Shown: positions 12,698 to 25,300 of the stretch, one piece after another
How the letters are laid out: every line of letters starts with the position of its first letter
How positions within the stretch are numbered: the stretch's first letter is position 1
Source: Phoronis australis
Taxonomy: Eukaryota; Animalia; Phoronida
Assembly: GCA_002633005.1 (NCBI GenBank)
Contig: NMRA01000069.1
Coordinates: forward strand, 673,740 to 737,739
Reading direction: 5' to 3'
Length of the DNA: 64,000 bases
Notes under the pieces: generated by a model
The model's database searches: none
Seen by the model: only the letters and a program-made list of their open reading frames with translations
What the model was told of the DNA's origin: nothing
Translations under genes and position numbers: made by a program

Positions 12698-14574
12698 GAA
12701 TTGATGGTTGGTGATGACGATGTTTCCGACAAAAGCAAATTAGCAAATGCATGTAATGACCTTCTTACTGGCATTGGACAAAAACATTCAGAAAATTCAG
12801 TATGTCCACTATTGAGCTCTCGCCCAAGGTACAGGGGGGAATATCATTTAAATTTCAAGATATTCAACTTGGTAGCTCTAAACTCCAGTAGTGCCAGTGG
12901 CATCGATAGCATTGATGCCAAACTACTAAATCTGGTCTCTCGGCCAATATCATGAATCGAAGTTTAAAAACGGGCACAATTCATGATGAATGGAAGATGG
13001 CTGATGTTAGTCCTGTTTTTAAAGACGGTGACAAGTCCAGTTGCGATAAATACAGACCAATATCGGTCCTTCCTTCAGTGTATAAAAATTCTTGAATGGT
13101 GTGTCCAAAAGCAGCTTCACCAGTTCCTTAAGGAAAATTCCCTTCTTTCGACATCATAGTCTGGTTTCCGTCCCTTGCATTCTACTTTGACTACAAACAT
13201 TCACGCTACTTGGATAAGGGGATGCTTACAAGTGCTATTTTTTTACTTTATGAAAACCTTTGACATTTTGGACCATGGTATCATGTTAAAGAAACTAGGG
13301 TCCTATAGAATAACGAACTCGTTTGGATTAAAAAATACTTTTACGACCGCAAACAAGTCACCAAATACGGTGGTATTCTTTCTGGGTACTCTATCGTTAT
13401 CACGGGAGTACTGTAACTTAGGGTTCCATTCTAGGCCCTGTATTATTCACTATTTTTGTTAACGATTTCCCTACTGTCCTCCACAACGGGGACCAGTTTT
13501 ATACGCTGATGACACTGCAGTTATATTCACAGCTGAATCAGTAAAAGAGTTGGTGACCCTGTTACATGTAGTGTTGCTACCGTAAACAAGAGACATTGCA
13601 ACACATTTTTACGATTGTTATGCTACTAAAAGTGAACTCTTCAAAATAACAATATTGATAAAAAGAGATAACGTTACTTTGAACACCTGTTGCAAATTCA
13701 TCACGGTCAATAATCAAGAACGAAAAACGGAATAACTGGAGTGAAAAGCAAGACTTTAGGATAAAAAGCGAGACAATTGGGTCTAAACTAAAACGCAAGG
13801 GTGAAATGCTCGCTGTTGATGCTTCAGTGATCTTGGATGCAGGCTTAAATCGGAGAAAACTTTTACTGAAAACAGCAAATTATCCTTTCTGAGTTATTCA
13901 AATCTAGAAAAATCTAAGAAGCTTGTATTTTTGGTAACTTTTGACGTTGGGTAACAGAATGTCAAGCCGATTTAATCCCATCATTGTTTTTATCAACATA
14001 CGCTGCCACTTGTTCTCATGGAGAGTCCGCTATAACCATTTTATGTCTCACCGGATGAATTTTGGCCAAACAAAGAGTTAAACTGCTTATCGTTTGTTCT
14101 CCAATAGCCACTCCTGTCTTAAACCCGCAGTTAATCAACTGTCTCTCGACTATTTAACATAGTAAAACTGAAAGCTCTTGACTTACGACTTGCGTGAAAT
14201 TAGAACAAAGTAAAAGGAATTACCGACGGCGTGGTAGAATTGAACGCTACATAGTCTCCGGAAATATAATTTGGAACTCTAACTATGAAGCGCTTTTTAC
14301 CTTTAACAATCAAGACACAATGTTGCAGTGAAAATCCAAAAATAATGCTGACCGTCGGTGTTACAACCTCATGCGTTTCTAAGCCGGGAAATATTCAAAG
14401 AATAGCTCGCAATTGTACGCACAGTTACCGCTTTTGATCGTCACGTAATCGCATATTCCCATTGAAAAGTGTTCTATTGCATATAATTTGTAAATATGCT
14501 GGTGATAGAAAACGTTTATTTTGGAAAAAAGGTCAAGATCCGGTTGATCACTAGTGCGGATTTTAACGATTCAT

Positions 14575-14832
14575 CATGCGCGCACGCAGCCTTACTTGGA
14601 GGAAGGGCTCGACTTTTTCAGTGTGTTTACCTTTTACTGAAAAAACGGGACTATAAAAACGGGGTACTACGTTCAGACCTATGAATTGTGCATTCGCCCC
14701 GAATTCCTGTGGACTTTTGTCTCGTGTACTCGGTGTTTTTGTTTCTTTGAGGGGGACCTTTTTGCCCACTTCGACAAATGGGCTCGTTCGAGCCCCCCGA
14801 GCCCCCCCCCCTCCGGGGGGGATGCGCGCATG
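14575..14832. mobile_element. MITE family B, copy 2
   Basis: catgcgcgca...tgcgcgcatg termini; flanks ttcat/ctcat; shares the internal ttgcccacttcg..aaatggg..tcgttcgagcc segment with 8478-8704. Confidence 0.75.
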
Positions 14833-16751
14833 CTCATCGATGTATGAAAACGCGGCAAGCGTAAAGCTAGGATTGGTGGTACTATAGTGTTAACTGTGAT
14901 CCATCATTACAGGTTTGATGTCACTTTCGGAGTTCAAAAAATCGTAACCGAATTTACAGCCTTCCTAGTTGGTAAACTAACCCTTAAACAGGGTTGGAAG
15001 TATGTATATTGCATTTCACAGTAGAATTACATCAAATATTAACCGACGTCGAAATTGTCATCGTGTGAACACATTAATCTGCAGAAATAATGCAACAAAT
15101 ATAGGCTAACTGCAGGAAACCAAGTCCTTCGAATGAACTTATTCACTCAAAGGTTCGACTTTATACTATTCGCTTGTCACTACGCACGGTGAACTGCTCG
15201 CTGCTTCCGTGCGTGCCGCTCGGTGGCCGGTAGCCAGCACGTGCTGGCTAAGCAAGTAGGGAACCAGCGAGGATGAACTGAAGCATTAATGTGGCTGTCA
15301 TTACATGACGTCATTAGGAAAAATGAAATTATTTGTAAGATGGTAGCCAACTGAATACCGGAAAGTTTCATACTAAATATGCAGGTTTGCGCCGAAGTGG
15401 GTAAGAAACTGGGCAAAAAAAACTTGATACAAAATTAGTGTATTTAAAGACTATGTGTACGTTCTTCCTTGACTGAACTAAATCATTTACCGATGTTTGA
15501 AAAATTGGCGTTCTACTGTTATTCTGCTGCTAAAGTTGTGGAGCGATCTTACGCGTAGGTTTGCGGCCGGCACCATGAAATATAGGCCAAGTGTGACTTA
15601 TTTGCGGGCCGATTCTTCAATGAACTCTTCTTCCCAGAGGTTGTGAGTGTGTCAAAACAAATCATTGTAACGGGTTTCCCTTCGTTATAAGTTTTAGTAT
15701 TTTAATATCAGCAAACTGAATTTCGAAAAAAAACTTTGCTGCTGTGAAGCTGCCGTCATCTCCCGAGAGATGTCGCACAAATTTAGGAAATGGAGCGTGC
15801 GTGTGTCACCAGCGTACTGTTTTCAAAACGACGACAGTCTTTTTTGTTACAAAAGGGGGTTACACAAATAGATTACCTTGATTAGATTTTTTTCCACTTA
15901 AACGGTTTCCATTTGCATGTGTTTCAGTCGCCTAAGTATTGTAGAATTTCTATAGTGACCATTTTGTCCGAAAGTTGAATTTACCTTGTCATAATGAATT
16001 ACCGGGTACGCCCAAAGTAATATGATCCCTAGCATCGCCAAGCCACGTTTCTTGATGTCTAAGGTTTACAACAGTAAATTTCAATACATCAACATGAATT
16101 TGAAAAATATTGTACAGTTGAAAACCAAGTTCAGACGACAGATATTGTTCTTGCAGTTCTTTCATTGACGTTACCACCTCTACTCAAATTACAAGTAAAT
16201 AAGTGGTTCAATTAAAAGGTGACTTTCTTTGTACTCACTGCTTAAAATAAAAAATTAAAATTGTAGAGTTGGACTTAAATTGCAAAACAGAACTTAGCTA
16301 TGCCATCAAATGGAATTGAAAGGATGCGAGGGATTAATTATATGAAAAATGCCAAATTTTGGAAGTGTCTACCAATCATTTCAAACTTGATGTCTTCATT
16401 TTTCTTCAAGTTTCTTTACTTGGATGTTCTGTTTGGAGATGTGGTATGGAAAGATTGAGACACACCATGTGTGGCTGATGATATCAGTGGCGACACTATG
16501 AAAATCGCCAGGTCGCATTTTGTGACCAAGCCAAAATCCCTCCTCGCGTTCTGTCACCTATATACATACCGGTTTCGTTACAGTCGTGCGCGCAATTCAG
16601 CACTCAGCATTGCTCTTGCTTAATATTCAAATATTTGCCGACTTGCAGCAAATTAATTCCATGATAACTTGTACGCTGTATTGTGTACCAAACTGAAAAA
16701 TAACTGTAACTGACATCTACTTTATTAATCGGTGTTTATTTCTTTATTCAG

Positions 16752-17130
16752 GTAAACACATGGAATTTCTACTTGGGGACTTAAAGGTTACCCATGCCGC
16801 ACTTTTCTTATGACTCCATTTATTAATATTACAGAAGTATCATTTAATCATGCATTGTGCAGATCGAGGGTGTTAATTGAACAAACCTTTGGTATTTTAA
16901 AACGTACTTTCTCGTGTCACCATGATGGGTTGCAGGTTTCTCCTTAACAGGAATATCAATTTATTTACGCCTGCGCAATTTTGTGTAGCATTGCGATTGA
17001 ACGAGGTGACATCTGTCCATCTGATGGAGAACTATTAGACAATGCTGATGATGAAGATATACAAGGTGTGCCAGATGATTTGAGGATGGAGGGAAAGTCC
17101 GTAGGCACACTGTTATTGATCATTTTCCCC
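16752..17130 (+). pseudogene. PIF/Harbinger (HARBI1-like) DDE transposase C-terminal remnant
   Basis: FLLGD/KGYPCRTFLMTPF...FNHALCRSRVLIEQTFGILKRTFSC...ACAILCSIAIERGD, with a frameshift and a stop; preceded by a ttcag acceptor. Confidence 0.85.
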
Positions 17131-18559
17131 AAACTCTGGAAAATTATCATAGGCTAATAGCTTTTCATCAGATAAACAGAGAATGCGCGTCTTTCATTTC
17201 CAATGTTGTACATGCCATAAAACCTGCTTTATAAAGTCATTGTCTCACAATTATTCATATGAAACTATACCTTTTTCTTTAAGGTTAGGCCGGATCTTCG
17301 TTTATTTAATGAGTATGTGATGTCCCAGCAAAAATGTACCCGCAGTGCATGGTGTTCTATTTAACGCTACGTGATAACGATCAGCGAAACAGAATTAGTT
17401 CTCTGGTAACGGCTATTCGTTATTTGTTCAGTACTCACTAATGTCGTCAATATAGGCCTTTTGAAATTGACATCCCAGGTAGTTCTAACCCCAGTTGACC
17501 TGTGTAAGTAAACACAACTTAATAAAGGCTGATAACGTATTGTTTTATCGACCCTTGTGTATTCTGAAGAGGCGAACTCTGAATAATTTTTGCGATAAAT
17601 CCAGACATGCAGGATTTGACCCTGCGGTTTAAAAGCAACTGTTGGTTGACTTAGCTTGATAATAGCATTAACCACGAAACTATAGCTCTCACATCTTTCT
17701 TTAGTTAGAGGATGTTTGTTTCAAGTTTCAGGTGCTTGTTACGAAGTTTTAAGTTAAGTAATACAGCATCGTCTGTTTCGTGTTTCGTCTGTTTTTCTTT
17801 GACGCTCTGGTATTTGAGTAAGCTGAAATGGAAATTACATATTTCAAATTGTAGTATTGATCTTCCGACAACTCATTTCAAAAATCTTTGTAGAGTCACG
17901 TTGCGTCTAATTTTAAAATAAAAATGGTATAAATAAAAAGTTACTGTTATCGCCACTTCAATGTTTAATTGATACACATCATAACGTTTCAGTGATAACA
18001 GGCCTAAACAGTTTAAAGGATAACAGCATAGTGACCAAGTCAACCAAAATTTTTTTACCAAACAAACATAATGCGTGTAACTATAGTATGAGCAGTATAG
18101 TGTTACAAAATTATTGAAAATAAATTACTTATTCCTCATTATCACAGTCAGTGAAGATTTAAGAGTTCAGTTAATTGCAACACAGTATAGTTCAGTAGCA
18201 GCCCTTCGTAAACACAAACTACTCGTTGAAAACACGACTAAACTTTTTGTTTGAAAGCTTGATACAGAGTCGCTCGTAGTGTCGAAACAATCTCCATTCT
18301 TCAGGTGTGCAGCTATGTAGTAAAACACCGTGAGGCATAAAAACAATTCATTCATGTATAACACCAGCTACATTTCGAGACTGCCAGGCATGTGTCGTCA
18401 TCAGACAATAATTGTGGAATGAACATATGGAAAACATTATCACGCGCACAACATTTTTACTACTGAGCGAAACGCCGACCACATTTAAGCATCCTTACCA
18501 CGGACTATTTCCAAAGCAAGTGACAGGACGGGCCGGGACCGAGTGTCTACAGGGTTACT

Positions 18560-18656
18560 TCGTCCTTTGACGATCAGTTACTCCTCACTCCGTTCGTCCG
18601 CGGCGCTAGTGCCGGTTGTCTGTGGTTTGAGTTATGGTTTTGAGTTTTTCGTGCTG
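18560..18656 (+). other. Probable non-coding first exon of gene 1
   Basis: CpG-richer stretch ending in a strong donor TG|GTAAGA at 18657, upstream of the ATG exon; 5' boundary approximate. Confidence 0.45.
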
Positions 18657-19253
18657 GTAAGATTTCTGTGGCTTGTGTGGTATAGCGTGTGCGCGTGGTA
18701 AGAATGTGATTCTTACCACGGTGTAAAACAAATTTTCGTTCAAGTAGCCTAACTCAGAATTGCAGACGTCTTCTAGCGTGTTGCCTAGGTCATTTATTTT
18801 TGTTTGTTGTCAAATGTCAAGTGATACATTCGCTGGATGTTTATTGTAATTTTTCTGTGTTGATGATAGGATGCTGCCACATGTATTGGTACCGTAATTT
18901 ATGTATGTTTTTTGTCATCGTGCGTTGTCTTTGGACATTTGCAAGCTGATAGAAAAGGCCCGCAATTTTGAGATAGATAACACTAAATAGGAAACAGACC
19001 TTGCTAAAAAGCAAGACTTAGCGAGATTACGTGTGACATTGTTGTGCATTTTAAAAAAGAACACGTGATTGTAGCTAGTAGTCCTAGACATATGAGACCT
19101 CTAGACAATGGTCCTTGTGCTACTGAACTCTAACCCGGATACACGTAAAGTGGTATTTTGTCGAGGAGGTACAAATGAGTATCCACGTGATTTGAACTTC
19201 GACACAAGTAAAACAATAACAGGACAATTTCATCGCAAAGCTTATGCATTTCG

Positions 19254-19332
19254 ATGAGTCTTTCGGAGCTGGTAGACTTGGACCACCGTAAGCAGATACC
19301 ACTGCTTTTAGTGGAATCCGTCAGGAAAATTG
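19254..19332 (+). CDS. Gene 1 coding exon 1 (MSLSELVDLDHRKQIPLLLVESVRKIG)
   Basis: ATG at 19254; donor G|GTAAGC; phase 1 matches the next exon. Confidence 0.75.
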
Positions 19333-22300
19333 GTAAGCTGTGTTAAATTGCGCCATACGACGATTCGTAGTCTCCCTTTTCGATACGACGTCCCGGAGAG
19401 TTTGGGAGATGTTAACGTAACCTACTTCCTGCTTGACATATTTAGCCAGTTTTAGATCGGTTCATAGTCCAACTAATAAACATCGGCAGCTGCATAACGT
19501 TGTCCCTCTCATTTGAGGACTTATATCCATGATATACATGACATCATTTTGGATTTGTTTAACTGTGTATTTCACATGTTCAAGGTTTTAGTTTCCATCA
19601 GTGCAGAAACTTGCCGAAATTTGCGCCCGTTTGCGGGCTCCAATCCTTTCTTTAGCCAGGAAAATATAATATCTATTCTTGTTCTTCGCCAAATGTCTCT
19701 CCTGGTGATCATATCTTTGAGCTTGTGCTGAGCATAGGTGTGATTACCCTCATTATGAACAATATAAACATGTTTTGGTACCATAGGATAAGTGTCATCA
19801 GCATGTGAAGAATTTCTAGCTTACAGTGGTCACCACTCAGATTCCCTCCTAAGCCCCATACAACTTTTATGATGCGTATTCAGCACGCCATTTGTGTTGA
19901 TGTAGATCTGAGCTAATGAAGTGGAAGGTAATTATAATAGTTATCGCTTCTTAGCAGTGATGGTTGGTATTACACCCAAATTGGCTTTCTGTGGCATTTG
20001 CACAAAGTTAAAACCTGCTGCAATGTGGAGAGTAGTTTTAACTTGGTACATTTTAACTATTACAAAAAGACTGAAAAGTTAATTTGCGTTGATCTTGACA
20101 AAGGACCACTTCCCAAAGGAACATTGGTTCTAAATATGTTTCATATATCTGTTTTCATTACTTTATTTTTAATACTCCTGTCTACTTGCACAGTCGTTTA
20201 TCTTCAATCGTACCCAATGTTCATAGTTTTTAGCTTAATAGTTCATCGATTTTTAAAAATCGAAAACTAAACTTGGTTGTTTTTTCCATCTGAATACCGC
20301 TGTGGTATTTATTTTTAATGAAAACTGTTGGTTAATGCATTTTGAAAATTCGCTACTATATGAACTGGAAGGAAAGTTTACTATAGTTTATGGTCGGGTA
20401 ATTACTCTTAATTGGATCTTGCTCGCACCGGAAAATGGGGTTATCATAACTGAGTCCAACTCTGGTGCCGCGCTCTCTTTGATTCTAATAAAAGTCACGC
20501 ATAGCTTTAGAAATGCGTGACTTTCGTGTAAGCATATTATTCATGGCGTGAGGGCAAGTAGAATAGACAAGTCGCTCTTTATTCATTAGAAACTGGTTCT
20601 CGATAGCCATTTGTAAGAGGGACCTGCCCATCCAACTTTTACCTGTCATCAGTTATAAAAAGTCCTCGTAAACTGACTAAATCTACTTTTCAACAACGAC
20701 ACATTCGATACAGGTGGTTAAGTGAAAACGCACGTTTTAATACGTGCCATTATAATCGACACATTTCCTCGTCAAATTTAATGTGCTTTGAAAGGACATA
20801 CAGTTCGTTATTGCTTGAGGTCAGGCTCTGTAATCTTCGTGTCTATTCACATGTGCAGTGCAGACTGTCTTCTTTCCCGTATGAGAACGTTGAAACTAAT
20901 TTCAATGCACAAAGTGGTCTAAATCAAAATTTGTTTCTTTAACCAAAGGTTGTATGGTTACAAAAGTTGTGAACCGGGAATTGTCAAAATGATATTACGC
21001 GCTGTTTTGAGGACTCAAGCCAGTTTTCGTTCTATCACATGTTGGCGCCAATCTTGAACTATAAAAACAGGAATCAGTTAAAAACTCATTACACCCATAT
21101 TGGTTCAGGAAGTAAATGTAAGATCATGATACAAACTATTTAATTCTTTTTTCAATTAATTCACTTAATCCTCCTACACACAAAGGCGGAGAGTCAGTTA
21201 ACCTCAAGCCAGTACAATCTTTAACCCTGTCAGTTTTATTTTTATGAATTTTGAAGGTCTGACTGAAAGTGATGAACTAGGCTATGCAGATGGACAGGAT
21301 GAGGGTGAACTGTTTGTTATCCTGTTTGAAGTTCTCTGTCAAAATGGGGATCACTTCCTACGGCTCCAGAATCAAGATCTCCCGTGTCTCGTCAGTGATA
21401 CTGACGTGGTGCCTCAAGTCCTCGTCACATTGAACCATGGTAAGTGTTGAACCCTATCTCAAACTTTCCTTGAAGATGAAAAATACATTCTTTGACTGAC
21501 CTACTTTTCACAGTGTCCTGACTTAATCAACATGAGACATCCAGCACTTATATTTGCCTTTTTTGACGATTTCGTGGTATCAGAATTGCTACTTAAGACG
21601 CAGTGATACAGGTTTTCCTGCATTACATTGATAAATTATTAATAAAGAGGTTATAGAATAGTGACTAGTGCACTTGCATGAGAAGAAGCATTGTGGGATA
21701 AATTCCTTAGAATGAGAGTGATGCGATGGTATTTCAGGATGGCCCTATTAATGTGAGAACACAAAAGTTACTTCCACTTTGTTCACTGTCAAACTCAAGA
21801 GCAACTAGCTTTCTTTTCTTTACCTACATTAATTAATTTTTTAGCACATTGATCATTAAATTTTCTTTTTGCATTTTGAAATAGTCTCTTTAAATGTTTG
21901 ATCAGGAGCTTATCATGTTATCTTACTACATGCTGTTACTACTTAACTAAACCGTTTTTGTAGGTGACATAATACAGATAGCAGATCGGTTCATTCGTTA
22001 TGTTGGACCGGATGGCTCGTTTCGTGGACTGGCGCCACCCAAACCAAGGCGCTCTCAGTTTGTGGATAGTGGAGATGACCTGAACAGCTGTGATGATGAG
22101 GTTTTGACGTCGTTCATGAAACAAACCTTGAAGTTTTTGCACTTGTTAGAGGCTATTAACTTTTAAAGGTCATTTGTGACCCTAAAAATAACCAAATTGA
22201 CTCTAAGCACTGTCTTCCAAAAGGTTGTTAGGAATTGTTTCCAGAATCTTCCGCTCTTGCATTAGGGGCTTACCATTTTCATAAAAAAATTGCAAAAATT

Positions 22301-25300
22301 AAATTTAGAAAACTCCTTTGCCTGCTTCGTTGTGTTTCGACGGAAGTGAAAACTAACGGTGGCGCCTCCTAAAGAGCTGGTTCATAGAGCAGACCTTTGT
22401 TATGGGCCCACATATTTATATGTGGACGCATTATGCCGTCATCTCCGTCCGTACGGGCGGCATGCGTCCGGCGTCTGGCGTCCGGCGTCCGCTGCTGTGT
22501 CTCCAAAACCCTTTGACATATGTTCATGAAATTTAGCACATATGTTCCATTCATGAATGGGACGGCTTGTGCGAACTTTCGGACGGATCGGACTACCGGT
22601 GTGCCCCCTAGGGGAAATTTTAGTTTTTTACGCTTACCTTTGTATCTTCAAAAGTCCTGAACGGATTTTCATGAAATTTGGTATGTAGGCACTTATTAGT
22701 GAGGTGACGCTATCCTCCTGTTTTCAGATGGATTCGACATAGTTTGCGCCACCTAGTGGCCATTTTTAGTGTTTTCGAGTGTTTTTGTGCGTCAACCCCT
22801 CTATTAACCAAACCGCTCAAAGGATGATTGTGAAAATTGGCATGTATTTGGTTACTATGTAGAGGACGGTTAACAATGATTTTCCGAGGATTTCGACTAC
22901 TGAGGCGCCCCCTAGTGGCAGTTTTTTTTTTTCGCCTATGGCTGTATCTCCTAAACCGTGTGCAGGATTTTTACGAAATTGTGTAAGTATATTTATATGA
23001 TGTTAACAACGGATCATGACGACTTTCGCACGGATTTGATTACCGGTGTGCCCCCTAGTGGCAATTTTAGTTTTTTACGCTTACCTTTGTATCTTCAAAA
23101 GTCGTGAACGGATTTTCATGAAATTTGGTATGTAGGCACCTATTAGTGAGATGACGCTATCCTCCTGTTTTCAGATGGATTCGACATAGTTTGCGCCACC
23201 TAGTGGCCATTTTTAGTGTTTTCGAGTCTGTTTTTGTGCGTCCACCCCTCTATCAACCAAACCGCTCAAAGGATGATTGTGAAAATTGGCATGTATATGC
23301 TTACTATGTAGAGGATGGTTGACGATGATTTTCCGACGATTTCGACTACTGTGGCGCCTCCTAGTGGCAGTTTTGTTTTTTTGCGCCTATGGCTGTATCT
23401 CCTAAACCGTTCGCAGGATCTTTACAAATTGTGTAAGTATATTTATATGATGTTAACAACGGAAGATGACGACTTTTGGTCGGATCCGACTACCGGTGTG
23501 CCCCCTAGTGGCAATTTTAGTTTTTTACGCTTACCTTTGTATCTTCAAAAGTATTGAACGGATTTTCATGAAATTTGGTATGTAGGCACCTATTAGTGAG
23601 ATGACGCTATCCTACTGTTTTCAGATGGATTCGACGTAGTTTGCGCCACCTAGTGGCCATTTTTACTGTTTTCGAGTCTGTATTTTTGCGTCCACCCCTC
23701 TATCAACCAAACCGCTCAAAGGATGATTGTGAAAATTGGCGTGTATGTGCTTACTATAAGGAAGACAGCTGACAATGATTTTCAGACGATTTGGACTACT
23801 GTGGCGCCTCCTAGTGGCAGTTTTTTTTTTTTGCGCCCATGGCTGTATCTCCCAAACCGTTTGCAGGATCTTTACTAAATTTAGCAAGTGTATTTATGTG
23901 ATGTTGACAACGGACGATGACGACTTTAGGATGATTCTGACTACCGGTATGCCTCTAGTGGCAATTTTAGTATTTGCCTCTAGTGGCAATTTTAGTATTT
24001 TACATTGACCTCTGTATTTTCATAGGTCTTCAGGTGTATACTTTGTGTTACTTCGTGACTATGAAGGAAAAGTTCCAAGTAGAAATTTGTTTCTGGCATT
24101 CTAATGCTGTGCTAATCTCGTATGTTGGTAAATTTGTTTTTAATTCTATGTTTCTGTGGTGCTTTAAGCAACTGATGCATAGGATGTGCTTGTATTATGA
24201 AGATCACTCACATTTTGCCCCTAGCCTATTCAGACAATGACCATGCCTTTCCATTTTGCAAAGTACAACATACTACATATATGCCCTCTACTGGCCACTT
24301 TATGGTACCAATAAACAACCCTAGAAGGATACCGTGTACGGTGCAATTGTGGGCGCATTTCAATGCTCTGCGTTGCTCTTGTTGTTATAGAGCTTGCTTG
24401 AAGAAGTTAACCCTTCATACAGTAACATTGTCGTACTAAAGCCCACTGCTTTTTGAGTCCAACAGAAATACCGATTCTGACAGCGGAAAAATGTAATTAC
24501 CTGCTATTATTTGATGTCGTGACAAAGCCCTTTTTCTGAAATTAGTTCCAGTGTGGAACCCAACCTTCAGAGTCAGAGTTTAACACCTTGCTAGTAGAAC
24601 TATACCTCACTCAATAATTTGCAGAGTGTTTTAAGGTGACGTTACCGGCCTTGATGTCAGTGAATGCCTGGCTGTCGACTGCGCAACTTGGCGATTTGTA
24701 ATAAAATCCCAAAACATGATGAATTTATTGCTTTAAAGCTCTGGTTAATGCTACTGACTTAAAAAGTCTGTCCCATCCAACAATACTCTTAAAATGTGTT
24801 TTTGTTTGTAAAAACAATGTGTGACATTGTTCTGTTTTAGCATATCTATGAAGAAATGGATGATGTTGCTGATGAGGCACTCCCTGATGAACTGTTTGAA
24901 CAACTTCAGACTGCACAACAGGTATTGTAGTAGTCCTAATAAGTATTGTTAATAACTAGTAATAATGTAATAGTGTTCAAAAATTATAAAAGCTTGTAAT
25001 ATCAATTGATTAAAAAATTTCATGACGGCGCATCTTAACATTTCAGTCAGATGAAAATGTGCATAGCTATTGTTATAACGGTTAGGAATTTCAAATATTC
25101 CAGTGTGTCAGCAAAGTGAGAACCAACATTCATTATTCATGTGTTGCTGTGGACTGCACTATGTATTTGTGAGTAATTTTCCCACCACCAGGTAGAGATC
25201 TTCAGTATGGTGTTGGGAAAGCTATCGTCAAATTGATGGAGTTATCGGCTACTAATTGAGTTATCAATGTATGTTTTTATGTTTTAAACTTATTTTAAAG

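Larger units (their letters stand above)
8735..13575 (+). mobile_element. Fragmented CR1/L2-group LINE ORF2 (APE endonuclease + RT), host of nested insertions
   Basis: Motifs in correct order: ILCLNETRL, RNDRNRQDGGVAIY, WVEI|IIGSVYRPP, ADFN, ISNHNLV (SDH), PQWYND, LWKIIKQ|LANACND, YRPISVLPSV, SGFRPLHST, FDILDH, GSILGPVLF, YADDTAV (~13502). Disrupted by stops and frameshifts. Confidence 0.9.

Noticed and set aside
19572-19784. Protein-like minus-strand ORF in gene 1 intron
   Set aside because: Short, flanked by stops, with no family motif recognised.
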